Shown here piece by piece: positions 9,564-18,088 of a stretch of 64,000 nucleotides of DNA (position 1 is the first letter of the stretch; every line of letters starts with the position of its first letter). A program made the translations under genes and the position numbers. The notes below the pieces were generated by a model. The model saw only the letters and a list, made by a program, of their open reading frames with translations, made no database searches and was not told the origin of the DNA. This DNA comes from a plasmid, in the sequence record NZ_CP024587.1; one strand, written 5' to 3'.

Positions 9564-10100
9564 TCAGCTGTTCGCGCTGAACAGCGCTGCCAGGAAGGTG
9601 GCCAGCGGAAGCACGTTGATGAGCATGACGCCGAAGACGAACTGCACGAGGCAGCCGCCCTGATGGCGCCGGTTGACGCCACGCATGACGGCCCACCAGG
9701 CCAGCACGGCCATCAGTGCCATCATGGCGCCGAAGGATTGGAAGAAGCCCTGGAAGATCTGCACCACGTTGACGACGGTGTTGGCAGGCGTGGCACCCAG
9801 CACTCCGGCAGCGCCCGGCACGTAACCGAAGGCGCCGCCGGTGCCGACCGTGACGGACGAACCACCGGAGTTGTTCGCCATGGTCAGGATACGGTCGAAG
9901 CTCGCGAAGACGCCGCTCAGGACGAGCGCCACCCAGGGCAGCCAGGGCTTGCCGCGGAGCGGATTGTGCGGCTGTGCCTGTTGCCAGAAGCCCCAGGCAC
10001 CGAAGAGGAAGGCAACGATCGCGAAGATGTAGCCGAACGCTGGGACGAGGTAGGCGATCGCGATGCCGATATCGGCCGCGAAGTCGGCGAGACCCTGCAT
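9564..10100 (-). CDS. icmC: IcmC/DotE-like polytopic membrane protein
   Basis: 178 aa, several TM helices, position between dotF and icmD. Confidence 0.45.
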   Translation of the reverse strand: MQGLADFAADIGIAIAYLVPAFGYIFAIVAFLFGAWGFWQQAQPHNPLRGKPWLPWVALVLSGVFASFDRILTMANNSGGSSVTVGTGGAFGYVPGAAGVLGATPANTVVNVVQIFQGFFQSFGAMMALMAVLAWWAVMRGVNRRHQGGCLVQFVFGVMLINVLPLATFLAALFSANS

Positions 10101-10111
10101 GCCGGCCGCCC

Positions 10112-11701
10112 CTACTGGATGTTGCCGCGCTCGGTCCGCACCACCCAGGTCGCGCCCTGCTGCGCGATCGCGGTGATGCGGCCGTAGCCCGGCACCTGGT
10201 CGCCAACGGCGACCTGAAGCTGCACGCCGGACTCGCTGCTGTTGTCCACCTCGGACAGCATGGCAAGGCCCGGCGAGGCCGCCTGGACACGATAGCGGCG
10301 ACGCACGTCGTCGGCGCGCGGCGCGGCGACGGCCGTGCGCGGGGCGGCGGGGGCGACACTGGGCGCGCCGCGTGCCACGGCTGGCACAGCAACGGCCGGC
10401 GGCTCCGCACCACCCATCGCCACGGCCACGGCGCCACGTGCCTCGGCCAGGGCCACCCGCCGGGACAGGTCGGCGACCGACTCCTCGATCCGCCCCCGCG
10501 CGGCCGCCATGTCGGCACGCAGCTGACGGTTCTCCTCGCGCAGATCACGGACCATGGTGCCGATCGCAGTCACCAGTCCGAGGACCTCGACCTGCTGCGG
10601 CGTCGACATCGGCGCGGGCCGCAGATGTGCCGCGATCGCGCCCGGATCGGGCGTGGCGCCTTGCGAGGTATTGCCCGCAGGCACCGGAACGGGGTTGACC
10701 GCCACGGGCGGCGGCATGGCGATGCCTCCGGCAACGGGGGCAGTGGCTGACGCCGAAGCAGGGCGTGGTGCCTCGGGAGCCGACGCGCCGGGTGGATTGC
10801 CTGGGACGGCGGAGGCCGGTGGCAGGCCGATGGGGGCCGGCACGGTGGCCGGGGGCGGCCCTTCCGGTCTTGCAGCGGCCAGGGGCGGGGTGGCCGGCAT
10901 GGCGGCCATGGCAGTCCCGCTCCCCTCTGGCGACGAGGCGCCTGCCGATGCCGGTGCCGGTGTCGGTGCCGGGCTGGCGGGCACGGCTGCCATGGCATGA
11001 GGTGCGGACGGCGCGGCCGCGGCTGTGGCCGACGGGGACGCTGCCGCCCGTGCGGCACCCGCCTCGGCGTCCGCCCGCTGCGGTGTCTCGCCCAGGCGCC
11101 GGGCGAGCGGCACCGGCTCGGTCACGCGGGCAGCCGGGTGGGCCGGAGGGGTCTGGAAGCCGATGATCTCCTGCATCTGTTCCTCGACCGGCTGACGGGC
11201 CGGTGTCTCCCGCTGCACCGGCGGCACCGGCACCGGATCGGGCGCCGTCGCGATCCGCGCGGCCGGGGCGATCAGCTCCGGTGCGCGCTGGGCCGGCATG
11301 ATGGCCTGGCGCGCCGTCTCGACCGCGCCGCGCAGCCTGGTCGCGGTTCCACCGAGGTCGAGCGGATAGACCGTGTTGTAGGGCGAGATCATGAAGGCGC
11401 CGCCCGCCGCCAGCAGCACAACGCCGAGGGCAACCCCGGCCATCAGGCGTGTCCGGCGCCGCTCTCGGCCGGTGGCCAAGGTATCCGGCCCGGGCTGGGG
11501 AAGCGTGGCTGCGACCCCCTCCGTCTCCGGGAGCAGATCGGCGCCGCCATCGTCCGACCGCTCATCAGGCAATGTGGAGGTCCGAGGACGAAGGCCAGGG
11601 TCGATGACGAGGTGGTGGGTGTCCATGGAGAGATCCTGTGGGGATGCGGCCCACAGGATCGGACGACCCGACGCGAATGGCGCGGGTCGTGAGCGCCTCA
11701 A
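10112..11701 (-). CDS. dotF: DotF/IcmG-like bitopic protein with an expanded Pro/Ala-rich linker
   Basis: N-terminal TM (LMAGVALGVVLLAAGGAFMI), very long PA-rich low-complexity segment, coiled-coil (LREENRQLRADMAAARGRIEE), conserved C-terminal domain. ATG overlaps the dotG stop (ATGA). Confidence 0.5.
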   Translation of the reverse strand: MRRSRPAPFASGRPILWAASPQDLSMDTHHLVIDPGLRPRTSTLPDERSDDGGADLLPETEGVAATLPQPGPDTLATGRERRRTRLMAGVALGVVLLAAGGAFMISPYNTVYPLDLGGTATRLRGAVETARQAIMPAQRAPELIAPAARIATAPDPVPVPPVQRETPARQPVEEQMQEIIGFQTPPAHPAARVTEPVPLARRLGETPQRADAEAGAARAAASPSATAAAAPSAPHAMAAVPASPAPTPAPASAGASSPEGSGTAMAAMPATPPLAAARPEGPPPATVPAPIGLPPASAVPGNPPGASAPEAPRPASASATAPVAGGIAMPPPVAVNPVPVPAGNTSQGATPDPGAIAAHLRPAPMSTPQQVEVLGLVTAIGTMVRDLREENRQLRADMAAARGRIEESVADLSRRVALAEARGAVAVAMGGAEPPAVAVPAVARGAPSVAPAAPRTAVAAPRADDVRRRYRVQAASPGLAMLSEVDNSSESGVQLQVAVGDQVPGYGRITAIAQQGATWVVRTERGNIQ

Positions 11702-13065
11702 TCCTCGGCGCGCAGATCGTTCAGGAACATGATGCCAACTGGCGCATTGGCCGCGAGGTGAATGGTGGGGCCACGCGGGGCGGCCTGCTGCAGGGCGCGG
11801 CCGACCTGCTGCGCGGCGACACCGGCTCCGACCGCGAGTTGCTGCTCCGGGTTCAGGCGGGTGATGACTGAGGCGCCACCCAGCGGGCCAAGCTGCGTGT
11901 AGCTGTTCGAGGTGGTGGCCACCGCCTGCCCGATGCCCGCGATGAAGGCCGCGGCACCAGGCAGCACGAAGCGTTCCAGAACCCGCTGGTCGACGCTGGT
12001 GGCGACGGCCGTCTCCATGGTGTCGGGCGCCACGACGATGGCTTCGGCCTGGATCATCCGCCCCTGGAATTGCACGCGGTCGACACGCACCACGAGCCGG
12101 TTGCTCTGCCCGGCCGTGCTGAAGCTGCCGATCAGGCGCGCCCCCGCGAGCGGTCCGCTATCGGCCTGCAGCACGATGGGGCCGCCGGTCTCGGAGTTCA
12201 CCGCCAGCACGGTATGCGCGTAGAGGCCGCGACCGGCCGGCATCAGCAGGCGCCCCTGCCGGGACGTGGCAGTGCGGCCCTCACTGGCCGCCTCGGTCGC
12301 GTCCCGCGATGACCGGCCATCATCCGCCATCCGCCGTGCCAAAGGCGCCGCCGCGGCGGAACGTGGGCGGCCATCCGGGTCGGCCTCCCCCGCCGAGGCG
12401 GAGGAGGGCATGAGCGTCACCGTGGTTTGCGCCGGCCGCCCCTGCCAGCCGCCGAACAGGTTGTTCACCGCCGCCCGGAACGCCGGGTCGTCCGCCTGCG
12501 CCGAGGTCGTGCCGGTCTGCGCGACGGTGCGGATCGGGCCCTGCGGGCTCGCCGTGCTGGCCGGTGGCCCGGACGCGAACAGGACCGGCGGCGTGGCCGG
12601 CGCGTGTCTGGGCTGCTGTGCCGGAACCGGGGCCGCGAAAGGTGGCGAGGGCGGCGCCGTGGCCGCGGCTGGCGGCGCGGGAGGGGGCCCGACCGCGCTG
12701 GGCGGCGTCACCGGGTCCGGCAGTATCAGGCCCGTGGCCGGATTGCGCTGGCTCGCCGCGATCGGCGGGGTGAAGGACTGCCCAGCCTCCTGAGCGCGAG
12801 CCGCCTGCTGCTGGTTCGCGACGACCGCCAGCCGATCCTGGTATGGCGTGGAGTTGGTGCCACCGGGCAGGGTATTGACCAGTGGCTGCCGCGCGGTGCG
12901 ACTCTCCGGCGACACCGCCTTCTCGTGCATGGTGGCCCAGGCAATGGTCCCGATGAGGGCCACGGCAACCCCGGCGATGCCCGCGAGGCGCAACGGTCCG
13001 GCGGCCAGGGCACGGCTGAACGGGTTCCGAAAGCCCCTGCTGCGCCGGATGGCGGTGTCGGACAT
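11698..13065 (-). CDS. dotG: DotG/IcmE (TraO-like), VirB10/TrbI-domain protein, short form without pentapeptide repeats
   Basis: N-terminal TM, Pro-rich linker, C-terminal VirB10-like domain (...RLIGSFSTAGQSNRLVVRVDRVQFQGRMIQAEAIVVAPDT...). Sits between dotH and dotF. Confidence 0.7.
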   Translation of the reverse strand: MSDTAIRRSRGFRNPFSRALAAGPLRLAGIAGVAVALIGTIAWATMHEKAVSPESRTARQPLVNTLPGGTNSTPYQDRLAVVANQQQAARAQEAGQSFTPPIAASQRNPATGLILPDPVTPPSAVGPPPAPPAAATAPPSPPFAAPVPAQQPRHAPATPPVLFASGPPASTASPQGPIRTVAQTGTTSAQADDPAFRAAVNNLFGGWQGRPAQTTVTLMPSSASAGEADPDGRPRSAAAAPLARRMADDGRSSRDATEAASEGRTATSRQGRLLMPAGRGLYAHTVLAVNSETGGPIVLQADSGPLAGARLIGSFSTAGQSNRLVVRVDRVQFQGRMIQAEAIVVAPDTMETAVATSVDQRVLERFVLPGAAAFIAGIGQAVATTSNSYTQLGPLGGASVITRLNPEQQLAVGAGVAAQQVGRALQQAAPRGPTIHLAANAPVGIMFLNDLRAED

Positions 13066-14070
13066 CTAACGCTCCTCCCGCAGCTCGGCCGAAACCGTGC
13101 GGTTGTTGACCGAAAGCAGCACCACCGGCGTCTGCGGCAGCGCGTAGACCGTGGTGCCGCCCTCGCCGTACTGCGAGGCGTCCCAGGGCGGGGAGAGCAG
13201 CGTGTGGCTCGTGCGCAGATAGATCTGGTTGCCCAGGCGCCAGGCACGCACGGCATCGGGGGAGACGCCGCTGACGGCGAGCGGCACCGCATCGGCCGGC
13301 GCCACGCCTGACAGCATGGCGGTCAGGTACGGAGCGCCGGTGACCGGCGCCCCGGGCCGTGTGTCGATCTGGATGCGGGCGTTCGGCCCACGGCTGGCCA
13401 CATGGATGCTCACATCCGCGTCGTAGCGCGCCTGGCCCGCCACCAGCAGGAAGGAGATCGGCTTGGGGGCGCCCTGGAGGTTGACGAGCAGCCCACCGCG
13501 CGGTGCCATCGACATGGGCGTGATCTGGATGGTGTTCGACCCGCGGACCGGAACACAGACATGAAAGCCCGCGAGCTCGGCCGCCGGCCCGCCGGGGCCA
13601 GCCGGCCCGGCATTGGGCGAGGTGGAGCAGCCGCCGACGCCAGCGCCTCCCCCACCGGAGACATTCGCGTTGTTGGAGTTGGTGTCCCAGGCGATGGGCC
13701 AGGGCTGGCCCGTGGCATCGAAGAAGCTGAGCGCCGTGGGGTAGCCACGGACGGTCTGCACGATCGAGGTCGGCTGGCCCGGCTGGAAGCCGACATTGAC
13801 GGGACGGCTGACCGGGGCGGCGATGATGGCCACGCTTTCCTCGCGTGCCCGCTGCACCTCGCCGAAACGGCGTGCGAGCTCGCGGATCATCTCCGGCGTG
13901 AGCGGGATCGCGTCCTCCAGGATGCGATCCCGGGTTGCGGCGCGGTCTGCCGGCGTGGATGCCGGCTGTGGCGGCGCCTGGGCGGACGCCGAGGCGCTCA
14001 TCAGGGCCATGGCGAGGAGAGCCAGGGTTGCGGGGCAGGCTTGCACGGCGAGGGCTCCTGTTCCGGTCAT
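13066..14070 (-). CDS. dotH: DotH/IcmK (TraN-like), VirB9-like outer-membrane core component
   Basis: Signal peptide, about 330 aa, beta-rich C-terminus, position between dotI and dotG. Confidence 0.65.
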   Translation of the reverse strand: MTGTGALAVQACPATLALLAMALMSASASAQAPPQPASTPADRAATRDRILEDAIPLTPEMIRELARRFGEVQRAREESVAIIAAPVSRPVNVGFQPGQPTSIVQTVRGYPTALSFFDATGQPWPIAWDTNSNNANVSGGGGAGVGGCSTSPNAGPAGPGGPAAELAGFHVCVPVRGSNTIQITPMSMAPRGGLLVNLQGAPKPISFLLVAGQARYDADVSIHVASRGPNARIQIDTRPGAPVTGAPYLTAMLSGVAPADAVPLAVSGVSPDAVRAWRLGNQIYLRTSHTLLSPPWDASQYGEGGTTVYALPQTPVVLLSVNNRTVSAELREER

Positions 14071-14696
14071 CGGGCAATCGCGACCAACTGGTCGATCACC
14101 AGGCCGTCCGGACGATCCTCGTCATTGGTGCGAACCACCATCGCCGAGATCACCAGGTTGTTGGTGCTGGTCTGCTGCGAATTCTCGCAGGTCTGCATGA
14201 CCGGGAACTGGATGTTGTAGGTCAGCCGGCCACTGCTGATCCGCGTGTCCGCGATGGTGGCCGCACGCTGCGCCTGGGCGTAGCACACCATGCGGCCGCG
14301 CTTCATGGCCTCGAAGCTGCCGCCTGCCATGTAACTCTGCGCGAAGCTGTTCCAGCCCTGGATCGAGAAGCGGCGTCCGGCCGTGTTCAGCTGGGTCGGA
14401 TAGTCGTGATAGTTGACGTTGTAGGCCGCGAGGACGGCGCGCACCGTCCATTCCAGCAGCTGCGTGTCGTCCACCACCGGGCTTTCCAGTGCCCGGATCG
14501 GCCGCGGTGGATTACGACCATCGACGAGGAAGTAGCGTGTCTCGCTGGGGCGTGTCTGAAGCCAGTAGGAGTGAGCGAGTGCCGCGACGGTGACGGTCGC
14601 CATGGCGACGCAGAGCATCGTGAGCCGGTTCACCAGGCGGCCCTGGAACTCGGGATCGCTCAGCCTGTTGCTCACGGCCGCGCGGGCATTCTGCAT
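14067..14696 (-). CDS. dotI: DotI/IcmL (TraM-like), VirB8-like bitopic protein
   Basis: 209 aa (Legionella IcmL is 212 aa), single N-terminal TM (LTMLCVAMATVTVAALA), 4-nt overlap with dotH. Confidence 0.65.
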   Translation of the reverse strand: MQNARAAVSNRLSDPEFQGRLVNRLTMLCVAMATVTVAALAHSYWLQTRPSETRYFLVDGRNPPRPIRALESPVVDDTQLLEWTVRAVLAAYNVNYHDYPTQLNTAGRRFSIQGWNSFAQSYMAGGSFEAMKRGRMVCYAQAQRAATIADTRISSGRLTYNIQFPVMQTCENSQQTSTNNLVISAMVVRTNDEDRPDGLVIDQLVAIAR

Positions 14697-14763
14697 GGCA
14701 TGGTCTCCGTCCTGCGGACGGAAGTCTCAACCCCGCCGATGCGAACGGTGCCGCAGGATCGGC

Positions 14764-15711
14764 TCAGTCGCCGTAGCCGGCCTGCATCTCCCGATAGTTG
14801 ATGGTGCGCTTGCTCATGGGCGCGATGTAGGTGAAGCGGTCGCCGAAGAACAGCCGGCCGGGCTGCATGCGGCATTCACGCACGATGAGGCCGGCCTCAC
14901 GCATCCTCTCGCGGGCGATGGCCGGATCGTACTGGCGCACGAGATGGGACCGCGGCAGCGGCGGCACCCGCATCAGCGACAGCCGGGAGACGACGGCGCG
15001 GTATGGGATGCCAAGATCGTCGGCGATGGCCTGCGGATGCTGTCCGGCCCACCGAGCACTGGCAACATGCAATTCGAGCCGGGGGGTCCATGCGACCTGG
15101 TTACGGCTGATGCGGATATCGACCGCGACCGGCAGCCCGTCGAAGCTGGTGATGACCTTGATGCGCTTGAGGCCGGCTTGCGGTTCGGGAAGGCGCATGG
15201 CACAGCCGGGGGATTGCAGGCTGCCGGACCCGGCCAGCCGTGTTACCGGAACCAGCAGAGCCTGCGTCTCGCGAGCCTGCCGGGTCTGGTCGATGTCCCG
15301 TGCCGCGGGGCGGCGGATATCGCCACGCCCGCGGGCCGGCAGTCCCAGGCGGCGGACCAGCGCGTACACACCACCCCTGGTGCGCCCGAAGACCTCGGCG
15401 ATGCTTCCGACATCCCATGCGCCCAGCCAGCAGTCGATCAGCGGCAGCATGTCCCGGCCTTGCCAGGCGCGAGGATGCCCGTTGCGCCGGACCGGTCTGG
15501 AGTGTGGTGTAGAAAGGCCCAGCGCGACCACGCGCTCCAGCAGGAAGTCCTCACGGGCACACAGGTACTGGCAGAGGGCTTCTACGCCATGGCCTCTACG
15601 CACCATCCCCGCCAGAACGGTGTCGTACTGCCACTCCGGCCGTGCCGAGGCAGATTCTGTCCCAGCCTGATGCTCTGCCGCCAAGCCAGTGTTCGAACTC
15701 GTCAGTGACAT
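14764..15711 (-). CDS. Regulator with repeated GcrA-like helix-turn-helix modules; first gene of the dot/icm operon
   Basis: CWLGAWDVGSIAEVFGRTRGGVYALVRRLGLPARG fits the GcrA N-terminal DNA-binding signature (W..G.S..IA...G.TRN.V.GKV.RLGL..R). Weaker repeats at EALCQYLCAREDFLLERVVALGLSTP and AIADDLGIPYRAVVSRLSLMRV. Confidence 0.45.
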   Translation of the reverse strand: MSLTSSNTGLAAEHQAGTESASARPEWQYDTVLAGMVRRGHGVEALCQYLCAREDFLLERVVALGLSTPHSRPVRRNGHPRAWQGRDMLPLIDCWLGAWDVGSIAEVFGRTRGGVYALVRRLGLPARGRGDIRRPAARDIDQTRQARETQALLVPVTRLAGSGSLQSPGCAMRLPEPQAGLKRIKVITSFDGLPVAVDIRISRNQVAWTPRLELHVASARWAGQHPQAIADDLGIPYRAVVSRLSLMRVPPLPRSHLVRQYDPAIARERMREAGLIVRECRMQPGRLFFGDRFTYIAPMSKRTINYREMQAGYGD

Positions 15712-16013
15712 GGATGCCGCCCCGAACCACTGATTCGCGTATGTCAGATGAAAGTGACATATAGCAATGGTTCTTATAGTTTCGTGTCCAAGTTGTAATG
15801 ATGATAGATTCTCAATAAGTATGATGCGTGGTAATAGGCGGCATTATCGGGCAGAATTTCGTAGGGATTGAGGTTATCTATCACCTCACTAGACGCCGTT
15901 GCCACCGGAGGTGGTGGAGTGCCGCTTTGAGGCAGACGATATGTCATACCCTGTAGCGAGACGACATACCGGTCTGCGGGTAGAGGACGCTGGACGCGTG
16001 GCCTGTGTCAGAG
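15712..16013. promoter_or_regulatory. AT-rich divergent control region between the gcrA-like/dot operon and the XRE regulator; candidate promoters/operators (possibly oriT)
   Basis: GC drops sharply. Palindrome TATGTCA-N8-TGACATA at 15740-15761. Further ATGTCATACC/GACGACATACC repeats at 15936-15971. Confidence 0.4.
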
Positions 16014-16472
16014 CTACCGAGGAATAATGGAGCGCGTCCGCATAGCTAAGGCAAGCTGGCTCAGGCGATGGATCTCCTCCAGCACGGTGTCGAGATCCTC
16101 CATGCGCCTGAGCTCGCCAACAGGCTCAACCGGGGCCTCAGCGGGGGTTTTTGGCGGTGCCTCCACGGCATCGGCCGGCTTTTCGAGGGGCGGCAACAAC
16201 TCGACGGGCTGCACGCCGAGGCCACGGGCCAGCTTGGCGAAGGTCGTCAGGGTGAGGTTCTGAAGTCCGGCCTCGGCGCCGAAGATCGTCTGCACCTCCA
16301 CCTCCGCCTTCGCCGCCACCTCCTTCGTCGTCATGCGCTTGGCGACCCGGATCCGCTTGACGATGACGGCGATCTCCGCGAGCAGTGGATCGAGATCACG
16401 CCTGGGCGACCGGCGCTTGCGGGAGTTGGACGGCTCCTGGTGTTCCTCGCCTGAAGCCGTGCCTGAATCCAT
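16014..16472 (-). CDS. XRE-family (Cro/C1-type) HTH transcriptional regulator
   Basis: MTTKEVAAKAEVEVQTIFGAEAGLQNLTLTTFAKLARGLGVQP HTH_XRE-like. Start taken at MDSGTASG (16472). The upstream 59 aa of the ORF are rejected. Confidence 0.55.
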   Translation of the reverse strand: MDSGTASGEEHQEPSNSRKRRSPRRDLDPLLAEIAVIVKRIRVAKRMTTKEVAAKAEVEVQTIFGAEAGLQNLTLTTFAKLARGLGVQPVELLPPLEKPADAVEAPPKTPAEAPVEPVGELRRMEDLDTVLEEIHRLSQLALAMRTRSIIPR

Positions 16473-16591
16473 AAGCGCGCCCGGCGGTGATCGCTTTCCG
16501 CTCACCGGGCTTGCCCCTCCGGTACGCGGGGTCCGCCTTCTGGGTGCCATTCGCATCGCCTCCTGCCAGCAATGCGGCCAGGAGATCGCGA

Positions 16592-17017
16592 GCCATGCCC
16601 ATCCCACACATCGTCGTCTTGGCGGCGCACCTGCTGTTCCCCACCCCAATGCCCATCGACTTCAGTCTTATGACCCCAAATACCGCCCTGGCACAGCCTG
16701 CGCCCGGGGATTCCAGGGCGGCGGAACCTTATACGCGTGACACGTCCCCAGGCCCCGCCGCGCGCCGCGGCAGGGGCAGCACGGTATCGGGAGCTGCGGC
16801 CATCCAGGGCTATGGTACGGACATTCCCCTTTCGTTCGCCGTGCGACAGATCGTGCCTCCCGGTTTCAAGGTGGTGTTCGACCCAGGCGTCCAGCATGAC
16901 AGGACCATCTCCTGGGTCGGGGGCAAGCCCTGGCGGACGGTGCTGCAGGATGCGTTGCGGCCCCTTGGCCTGCGCCTCGAAGTGACAGGACAGACGGCCC
17001 GCCTCCTCCAGCGGTGA
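16592..17017 (+). CDS. Secreted PilL/TcpQ-C-terminal-domain-like protein
   Basis: Signal peptide MPIPHIVVLAAHLLF... C-terminal GYGTDIPLSFAVRQIVPPGFKVVFDPGVQHDRTISWVGGKPWRTVLQDALRPLGLRLEV resembles the TcpQ/PilL C-terminal domain found in IncI/ICE pil-tra regions. Confidence 0.45.
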   Translation, partial: AMPIPHIVVLAAHLLFPTPMPIDFSLMTPNTALAQPAPGDSRAAEPYTRDTSPGPAARRGRGSTVSGAAAIQGYGTDIPLSFAVRQIVPPGFKVVFDPGVQHDRTISWVGGKPWRTVLQDALRPLGLRLEVTGQTARLLQR

Positions 17018-17087
17018 TGCGAACACGACAGCAGCCCTGTTCGCATCACTGGGTGCCAGCCTTCCCCAAGGTTGGAGGAGGGGCCCG

Positions 17088-17546
17088 ATGCCCGATCTTG
17101 AGCGACAAGCCGTGCTGGATTGGTTGAGGCTCGCCGAGCCGGCCACAACGAGCCTCGGCGCCGGACTGGTCCGGCCCATCGAGGTGGCCGAGACCGTGGA
17201 GCCGCTGCTGGTCGGTCTCGGCCAGCAGCTGGATGGCTACTCCGACCCTCCCTCCGCCGTGAGCCTCCTGGCGGCCGGGGATCTGGCGCCGCTACGCGAG
17301 GTGCTCGCCCAACTCGGCATCGCCCGCCTCCTGCGGCTGCTCACCTGGCTCGATGCCGCCGGCACCACTCCGGAGAGTGGGCTTCCGGATGCCCTGCTGC
17401 GCGATGACAGCACCGAGGCGGGACTGGCCCTGCGGGCCACGCTGGCAACCTTGCACCGCCAGACATTGCTCGACCGGCTCTTCGCGCCCGAGCGGCTGGA
17501 GCACCTCACCGCCCTGCTGGACGAGATCCGCCAGGAGGCCGCGTGA
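17088..17546 (+). CDS. Acidic 152-aa hypothetical protein (size and charge reminiscent of IcmW/IcmS-type adaptors)
   Basis: High GC3, D/E-rich, no TM. Overlaps the next gene by ATGA. Confidence 0.35.
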   Translation: MPDLERQAVLDWLRLAEPATTSLGAGLVRPIEVAETVEPLLVGLGQQLDGYSDPPSAVSLLAAGDLAPLREVLAQLGIARLLRLLTWLDAAGTTPESGLPDALLRDDSTEAGLALRATLATLHRQTLLDRLFAPERLEHLTALLDEIRQEAA

Positions 17547-18070
17547 TGCGCTGCGTCAGGCTCGCCGCCGCCCTCGGGCTCGCCGTGGCACTCAACGCCC
17601 CCGCCTTCGCCCAGGTGCAATCCACCGGCTCCGTGGGTTGCGCCGCGCTCACCCAGGCCGCCGCCGGTGCCATCGAGGCCCGGGTCCAGGCCGACGACGC
17701 CGCCATTCCACAGCCCACCAGCGTCCGCAACCTGACCTGCCTCGACAGCTTCTTCAAAGGCGTCGGCCTGAGCGTGATCGCCTCGCTGCTCGACCCGGGC
17801 AGCCTGCTCGATGCCATCGAGGGCCAGATCTGCGCGACCGTGAGCCAGGCCTGGCAGTCCGCCCTCGGATCCGCGCAATGCGGCCTCACGATCTCGGGCT
17901 TCAACCTGGGCTTCGGCGGCCTCGGCGGCGGCTTGATGTGCCCGCGCCTGAGCTTCGGCGGCGGCGGGCCGCCGATCGGCACCTTCGGCACCGGGAACAA
18001 CACCACCGGCAGCCTCTACGTCAACGGCTCGCCGCTGGCACCCACCGGCTACACCCTGCCCGCACAATAG
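17543..18070 (+). CDS. Secreted Cys- and Gly-rich hypothetical protein (175 aa)
   Basis: Signal peptide MMRCVRLAAALGLAVALNAPAFAQ, five Cys, Gly-rich C-terminus. Confidence 0.45.
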   Translation: MMRCVRLAAALGLAVALNAPAFAQVQSTGSVGCAALTQAAAGAIEARVQADDAAIPQPTSVRNLTCLDSFFKGVGLSVIASLLDPGSLLDAIEGQICATVSQAWQSALGSAQCGLTISGFNLGFGGLGGGLMCPRLSFGGGGPPIGTFGTGNNTTGSLYVNGSPLAPTGYTLPAQ

Positions 18071-18088
18071 GCGACGAGGAGCGATCCC

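Noticed and set aside
12320-14077. 585-aa minus-strand ORF overlapping dotG/dotH
   Set aside because: Alternate-frame artefact (Pro/Arg/Gly-rich). dotG and dotH in their own frames show conserved domains.
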